Positions 58,299 through 64,000 of a stretch of 64,000 nucleotides of DNA are shown here, piece after piece. The DNA lies in contig JAOPTT010000009.1 of the NCBI GenBank assembly GCA_051531975.1, positions 128,001-192,000 on the forward strand. Direction: 5' to 3'. The translations under genes and the position numbers were made by a program. This DNA comes from Spirochaetaceae bacterium (GTDB lineage Bacteria > Spirochaetota > Spirochaetia > DSM-2461). The notes under the pieces are model-generated. The model searched no databases. It saw only the letters and a list, made by a program, of their open reading frames with translations, and was not told the DNA's origin. How positions within the stretch are numbered: position 1 is the stretch's first letter; every line of letters begins with the position of its first letter.

Positions 58299-59726
58299 AT
58301 GGATAACAATATAGATAAACATATATCCGGTGAATATAAACTCGGATTTGAAACCAACGTAGAGTCTGAAACATTTCCAGTAGGACTAAACATAGACGTT
58401 ATAAAAAAGATATCAGAAAAGAAGGATGATCCAAAGTGGTTATTGGATTTTAGAATTAAATCATATAACAAATGGTTAACCCAGGTTGAGCCTAATTGGG
58501 CGAACTTAGAACATGACCCAATAGATTACCAAAATATAAGTTATTTCTCTAAACCTAAAAAAAAGTTAGATAGCTTAGATGAAGTTGATGAATCAATTTT
58601 AAAAACATACGAGAGGTTAGGAATTCCTTTAGAGGAACAAAAAATACTCTCTGGTGTTGCTGTAGATGCTGTTTTTGATTCAGTTTCAGTGGTTACTACA
58701 TTCAAGGAACATTTAGAAGAGAAAGGAATTATATTTTGCTCAATAAGTGAAGCTGCAAAAAACCATCCAGAACTGATACAGAAGTATTTAGGTTCAGTCG
58801 TTCCTTATAATGATAATTTTTTTGCTACATTAAATGGTGCGGTTTTTACAGATGGCTCATTTGTATATATTCCTAAAAATACAAGATGCCCAATGGAGTT
58901 ATCAACATATTTTAGGATTAATGCAGAAAATACAGGGCAATTTGAGAGAACCCTAATTATTGCGGATGAGGGTAGTTATGTTTCATATAACGAAGGTTGT
59001 TCCGCGCCACAAAGGGATGAAAATCAGCTACATGCTGCTGTTGTTGAATTAATTGCACTAAAGGGTGCCCATATTAAATATTCAACAATTCAGAATTGGT
59101 ACCCAGGGGATATTAATGGTAAAGGTGGTATCTATAACTTTGTAACTAAAAGAGGAATATGCCACGAAGATGCAAAGATTTCCTGGACTCAAGTAGAGAC
59201 CGGATCAGCACTGACCTGGAAATATCCAAGTTGTATTTTAAAGGGTGATAACTCTGTAGGAGAGTTCTATTCTGTAGCGCTTTCTACTCTGAAGCAACAA
59301 GCTGATACTGGAACAAAAATGATCCACATAGGTAAAAATACAAAATCAACAATTATTTCTAAAGGGATATCAGCATTAAAAGGTAAAAATAGTTATAGAG
59401 GTCTGGTTAAGTTTAATAAAAATGCATCAGGGGCAAGAAATTTTTCCCAGTGTGACTCCTTATTAATTGGTGAAGAGTGTAGTGCTCATACGTTTCCATA
59501 TTTAGATACAGCAAATCAAGACTCAATAGTTGAGCACGAAGCTACAACATCTAAAATAAGCGATGAACAGCTTTTTTATATACGACAAAGAGGAATAAAT
59601 CCAGAAGATGCAGTTAGTATGATAGTTAATGGCTTTTGCAAAGAAGTATTAAATGAATTACCAATGGAATTTGCAGTAGAAGCCAGAGAATTATTGAATA
59701 TTAGTCTGGAAGGGAGTATAGGTTAA
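58299..59726 (+). CDS. sufB: Fe-S cluster assembly protein SufB
   Basis: [42 protein letters not shown]. Confidence 0.97.
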   Translation: MDNNIDKHISGEYKLGFETNVESETFPVGLNIDVIKKISEKKDDPKWLLDFRIKSYNKWLTQVEPNWANLEHDPIDYQNISYFSKPKKKLDSLDEVDESILKTYERLGIPLEEQKILSGVAVDAVFDSVSVVTTFKEHLEEKGIIFCSISEAAKNHPELIQKYLGSVVPYNDNFFATLNGAVFTDGSFVYIPKNTRCPMELSTYFRINAENTGQFERTLIIADEGSYVSYNEGCSAPQRDENQLHAAVVELIALKGAHIKYSTIQNWYPGDINGKGGIYNFVTKRGICHEDAKISWTQVETGSALTWKYPSCILKGDNSVGEFYSVALSTLKQQADTGTKMIHIGKNTKSTIISKGISALKGKNSYRGLVKFNKNASGARNFSQCDSLLIGEECSAHTFPYLDTANQDSIVEHEATTSKISDEQLFYIRQRGINPEDAVSMIVNGFCKEVLNELPMEFAVEARELLNISLEGSIG

Positions 59727-60481
59727 TGGAATTACTAAAAATAGAAAACCTGAAAGTAGAGGTTGAAGATAAAAAGATTATTAATGGTCTTAATTTAACA
59801 ATTAATAGAGGTGAAGTTCACGCTTTAATGGGACAAAATGGTTGTGGTAAATCAACATTAGCCAAGGCAATTACAGGACATTTTGCTATAAATATTAAAG
59901 GTGGAAATATCTCTTTTAAAACCCATGATCTTTTAGCCATGGAACCTGAAGAGAGGGCAAATAGAGGAGTTTTTATGAGCTTCCAAAGTCCTAGAGAGAT
60001 CCCTGGAGTTAATAATATGTACTTCCTAAAAACATCTCTTAATTTAAAGAGGGAGTTTTATGGAAAAGAAGAGTTAACATCTGCCCAAATATTAAAGAAG
60101 ATTAAATCCTTAACAAAAGAGCTTGGAATAGATAATGAAATATTAAAAAGATATGTAAATGATGGGTTCTCCGGTGGAGAAAAAAAGACTAATGAGCTTT
60201 TACAAATGTCTCTATTAGAGCCAGATTTAATAATTTTAGATGAAATTGACTCCGGGTTAGATATAGATGCATTAAAAAGAGTTGGAGAGGGAGTTAATAA
60301 ACTATTAGATGGTAAACGATCAGTTTTAATAATCACACATTATAAAAGAGTTCTAGACTATATAAAACCAGACTTTGTACATGTTATGTCAGAGGGTAAA
60401 ATAGTCAAATCAGGGGATATCTCACTTGTAAATATTTTGGAAGATAAAGGTTATAAGGGTATCGATTATGTATCTCCCTGA
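59726..60481 (+). CDS. sufC: Fe-S cluster assembly ATPase SufC
   Basis: GQNGCGKS, GFSGGEKK, LDEIDSGLDIDAL. Confidence 0.96.
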   Translation: MELLKIENLKVEVEDKKIINGLNLTINRGEVHALMGQNGCGKSTLAKAITGHFAINIKGGNISFKTHDLLAMEPEERANRGVFMSFQSPREIPGVNNMYFLKTSLNLKREFYGKEELTSAQILKKIKSLTKELGIDNEILKRYVNDGFSGGEKKTNELLQMSLLEPDLIILDEIDSGLDIDALKRVGEGVNKLLDGKRSVLIITHYKRVLDYIKPDFVHVMSEGKIVKSGDISLVNILEDKGYKGIDYVSP

Positions 60482-61532
60482 ATTAAACCTGAATAGTATT
60501 GAAGAGTTTAAGAGCTTTAATATCGACGAACTCTTTAAAATAGATTGTTTAACAAAAACAGTTCCGGTCGTAGAATTAAAAAAGGTTGATGGCTTTATAC
60601 AGATTGATATTGTTGATGGAGTACCTAGGACTAATAATTTGACAGAAGGTATAACTATTTCTTCTGTCAAAACTAAAAAAGTTGATAGTTTTAATCCCCT
60701 AATTAATCTTAACACTACAGAGACATTTAAAATTATTTTTAAAACTAGCCCAAATAAACCAGTTGCCATAGTTAATCACATTACTGGGAAATTTTCATTT
60801 ATATCATCTAATATCACTTATGTTGTATTAAACGAAGTAAATGTTGATATTTTAGAGACCTCAAACTTATATAACGAGAATGAAGTATTTGTTAATAATA
60901 ACCGGGGATTTAATATAGAGTATTCAAATGTGTCTTACTCTAGGGTAGAAGAATTAAGTAACAAACATAACCTGATATATAATTATAATGGTTTTGTAAA
61001 CTCTGGATCATTAGATGTTGTTACCCTGAACCAGAGTGGGAATATCTGTATGAATATATGGGATATGGATCTGTTTAATGAAGGAACTTGTAATGTTAAT
61101 GGAGTAATCTCTCTTAAAGATACAATGAAACACGGAACAATATGTAAAATAAACCATAAAGATAGAGAAACTATAAGTAATCAAGAATTTAGACATGTAT
61201 TAGATGGTAGAAGTTTTGCTATGTACGATGGGGATAGTATTGTTTTAAACAACGCCAAGGATTCAAATACATCCCAACACTCTAAGGCCATTATGTTATC
61301 AAACGGTGCTAGAATATTAAATAAACCAAGGCTTAATATTTTTACTTCAGAAGTTAAAGCAGCCCATGGAGCCTCGGTTGGAAAGTTAAACTCTGAAGAT
61401 ATATTTTATCTAAAGCAGAGAGGGTTTCCTGAGGTTACAATTAAAAAATTATTAATAAATGCTTTTGTTACAGATGTAATAGATAGAATTAAATCCGATA
61501 TAGTTAAGGAGTTCTTTAATGAGAAAAAATGA
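60468..61532 (+). CDS. sufD: Fe-S cluster assembly protein SufD
   Basis: KPRLNIF..EVKAAHGASVG, FYLKQRG; operon position. Confidence 0.9.
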   Translation: MYLPELNLNSIEEFKSFNIDELFKIDCLTKTVPVVELKKVDGFIQIDIVDGVPRTNNLTEGITISSVKTKKVDSFNPLINLNTTETFKIIFKTSPNKPVAIVNHITGKFSFISSNITYVVLNEVNVDILETSNLYNENEVFVNNNRGFNIEYSNVSYSRVEELSNKHNLIYNYNGFVNSGSLDVVTLNQSGNICMNIWDMDLFNEGTCNVNGVISLKDTMKHGTICKINHKDRETISNQEFRHVLDGRSFAMYDGDSIVLNNAKDSNTSQHSKAIMLSNGARILNKPRLNIFTSEVKAAHGASVGKLNSEDIFYLKQRGFPEVTIKKLLINAFVTDVIDRIKSDIVKEFFNEKK

Positions 61533-62703
61533 CTTTCCTTATTTTAAAAACAATCAAGTTTATTTAGATAATGCTGCAACAACTCAAAAGCCTCAATCGG
61601 TAATTGATGTAATCACCCAGTATTACACCGATTATTGTTCCAATACACACAGGGGTAGTTACAAAAATGGAAATAAGGCAACTACAGTATTTGAACATAC
61701 TAGGATTTTTGTACAAGATTTTATAGGAGCAAAAAGCAGTAATGAGATTATATTTACAAAAGGGGCAACAGAGGGTGTAAATATGGTAGCTTCAAGTTTT
61801 GTGAAGAACCGATTTAAAACAGTTATAATCTCCTCTTTGGAACATCATTCTAATATTGTTCCATGGCATATGATGGGTCGGACCATTGGGGCAGGACTTG
61901 AAGTTGTAAAATACAGGGATAATCTAGAATTTGATATGGTTCACTTCGAGGAGTTATTAAAAAATAATCCAGACTCTTTTGTATCCATAACCCATGTTTC
62001 TAATGCCTTTGGTGTGATTCATCCTGTTAAAAAAATAGTAAAACTAGCCCATAAATATGGGGCAAAAGTTCTAATAGATGGCGCCCAGGCTATATCTCAC
62101 TTTAAGGTAGATGTAAAAGATATTGGTGCAGACTTTTATCTGTTTTCAGGTCATAAAATATATGGTCCTACAGGAGTTGGAGTACTATATATAGATGAGA
62201 ATTCTATAGATGATTTTGATACATATCAGACTGGAGGGGCAGTTGTAGAGAAGGTTACATATGACAAAACAACTTTATTAGAATCACCACTGAAATTCGA
62301 AGCTGGGACCCAAAATATTGCTGGAGTTATCGGTTTAGGAGCGTCTCTTAATTATATTTATGATGTTGGTTATGAATCAATAGTAGGACATGAAGCTCTG
62401 TTAACAGATATAATATATAAAAGATTAAATAGTATAGAAGGTATACAACTTTATACAAAAAACAGTGAGTGTGTTGGTAATATAAGTTTTAATATAGAAG
62501 GTATATTACCAATAGATATAGGTCTTCTGTTAGATAAACAAGGAATCTCAGTTAGAGCTGGTCACCACTGTGCAATGCCAATTATGGATGCTCTAAATAT
62601 AGATGGTACAATTAGAATTAGTATTGGTATCTATAACGATTTAGAGGATATTGATAAGTTTTTTAAGGCTTTAGACAGAGCTATAGATATTATAAAAGGT
62701 TAA
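61519..62703 (+). CDS. sufS: Cysteine desulfurase SufS
   Basis: YLDNAATTQKP, EHHSN, SGHK, RAGHHC. Confidence 0.95.
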   Translation: MRKNDFPYFKNNQVYLDNAATTQKPQSVIDVITQYYTDYCSNTHRGSYKNGNKATTVFEHTRIFVQDFIGAKSSNEIIFTKGATEGVNMVASSFVKNRFKTVIISSLEHHSNIVPWHMMGRTIGAGLEVVKYRDNLEFDMVHFEELLKNNPDSFVSITHVSNAFGVIHPVKKIVKLAHKYGAKVLIDGAQAISHFKVDVKDIGADFYLFSGHKIYGPTGVGVLYIDENSIDDFDTYQTGGAVVEKVTYDKTTLLESPLKFEAGTQNIAGVIGLGASLNYIYDVGYESIVGHEALLTDIIYKRLNSIEGIQLYTKNSECVGNISFNIEGILPIDIGLLLDKQGISVRAGHHCAMPIMDALNIDGTIRISIGIYNDLEDIDKFFKALDRAIDIIKG

Positions 62704-62704
62704 G

Positions 62705-63118
62705 ATGATGATAAAAGAACGAATAGCTGAATTAGTAGAAGATTTAGAACTTTTTGACCAGGATATTGAAAAATATGAGTACATAGTTGATCTTGGTAAA
62801 AAGCTTAGACCACTTAGTGCGGATCTGCAAAAAGATGAATTTTTAGTTCAGGGTTGTACTTCCAAGGTTTGGTTAATATCAGAATATATCGATGGAAAGA
62901 TTATATATAAAGCTGATAGTAACTCTGTCATAGTTAAAGGATTAATATCCATCCTTGTATCAATATTCCAAGAGTTAACTCCAGACCAAATATTAGACTA
63001 CGATATAAAAGGCTTAGAAGACTTAGGTTTAACAGAGATAATAAGCCCAACAAGGCAAAACGGTGTATTCCACATGGTAGAAAAAATAAGACATTATGCC
63101 AAAGTATACGGAGGATAA
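62705..63118 (+). CDS. sufE: Sulfur acceptor SufE
   Basis: YEYIVDLGK, VQGCTSKVW, SPTRQNG. Confidence 0.93.
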   Translation: MMIKERIAELVEDLELFDQDIEKYEYIVDLGKKLRPLSADLQKDEFLVQGCTSKVWLISEYIDGKIIYKADSNSVIVKGLISILVSIFQELTPDQILDYDIKGLEDLGLTEIISPTRQNGVFHMVEKIRHYAKVYGG

Positions 63119-63120
63119 TA

Positions 63121-63441
63121 ATGAATTTAAGAGAGACTGTAATAGATAAATTAAAAAATATATATGACCCAGAAATCCCAGTAGATATTTATAACCTAGG
63201 ATTAATATACGATGTAAGTTTCGAAGAGTGCAGCAAAGGATATTATTGTAATATTCTAATGACTTTCACATCACCAAACTGCCCAGTTGCAGACTTCTTA
63301 GTTGACTGCGTAGACCGATCTGTAAGTAAAATAGAAGAAGTATTTAAAGTAGAAATCAAGATAACCTTTGATCCCCCCTGGGATAGAAGTAAAATAAGTG
63401 ATGAGGGTAGGGAGCTATTTGAGATGGAGAATGTCATGTAA
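63121..63441 (+). CDS. sufT: DUF59 / SufT Fe-S maturation factor
   Basis: YDPEIPVDIYNLGLIY, MTFTSPNCP, FDPPW. Confidence 0.92.
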   Translation: MNLRETVIDKLKNIYDPEIPVDIYNLGLIYDVSFEECSKGYYCNILMTFTSPNCPVADFLVDCVDRSVSKIEEVFKVEIKITFDPPWDRSKISDEGRELFEMENVM

Positions 63442-63869
63442 CAGATTACAATTATAATCTAATCCGACACTATTTAAATCTAAATAGAATGATACAAAAT
63501 ACAAATAGTATAACTACAAAACAAGTGGTGTAAAACAGTGAAGTCAGGATAAATATGTTATGTACACGGGATACACATGATGTAACCTTCAAGTACATGT
63601 TTTGGCTATTTATGAACACGAAAACTACCGTATGTCCCAAAATTATGATAATATGTACTTATGAGTGAAATAGCAAATAATAAGTTATAAAAATTACCAC
63701 CAATCATGTATTGTTTAAGCTACTTTAAATAAAGCTACCCACTCTAAACTCACAAGAGCCAAAAAATTATTACTAATACTATTACAATTCCTTTATCATT
63801 ATATTTTTACTAAAATTTAATTTTATTTAAATAAGTTGTAACTTTTTGAAAGTTGAGTTGTCTTATTAG

Positions 63870-63941
63870 ATATACAACGTAATAATTTTCGTTTAAACGT
63901 ACTCCTTTTTTCGGATCCTGCTACTAGCAGGGTCTTTTTTT
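63870..63941 (+). ncRNA. Candidate ~70-nt small RNA
   Basis: ECF-like promoter TGTAAC-N16-TGTC (63837-63862), no ORF, ACTCCTTT motif, strong terminator. Confidence 0.35.
63914..63941 (+). terminator. Rho-independent terminator
   Basis: GATCCTGCT-ACT-AGCAGGGTC stem-loop followed by T7. Confidence 0.85.
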
Positions 63942-64000
63942 ATTATAAACTATCTTCTAATCATTCTAACAACGACCCAAATACTCAAAGATATAATATA

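Noticed and set aside
6386..63437. Numerous short antisense or out-of-frame ORFs (e.g. 10002-10445, 29829-30251, 39161-39577, 41834-42394, 43427-43861)
   Set aside because: They lie almost entirely within well-supported genes and have no motifs; they are shadow ORFs

Overview
AT-rich (roughly 30% GC by eye) bacterial chromosomal window, gene-dense with about 55 CDS. Gene content and style suggest a free-living anaerobic diderm, possibly a spirochaete (inference only). No rRNA, tRNA, CRISPR array or transposase was recognised. From left to right: an Fe3+/AfuABC-type ABC importer; a GNAT + PEP-synthase/rifampin-phosphotransferase-like + MerR + oxidoreductase cluster; a PAS-GGDEF-EAL protein; gloA; sbcDC-ptb; an accessory block (FGE-domain protein, hipBA, exported WD40-caspase); a membrane adenylate cyclase; hisE(I) + yitJ-like; a TetR-controlled ABC/LolA-like/outer-membrane-protein operon with a duplicated permease pair; an MFS-HEAT fusion; an orphan adenine methyltransferase; a yciO / K+ channel-RCK-hemerythrin / glutaredoxin operon; an ECF sigma cluster with a mini MotA-like protein; a TetR-MBL lactonase-like pair; and sufBCDSE-sufT. 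The most striking candidate new system is the MthK-like K+ channel fused to a hemerythrin with all seven iron ligands. It has an internal SD/ATG that could make a soluble RCK-hemerythrin, and it is translationally coupled to glutaredoxin, so it may be an O2/redox-gated K+ channel. Other highlights are many apparently leaderless genes and a candidate ~70-nt ECF-driven sRNA at the window end.
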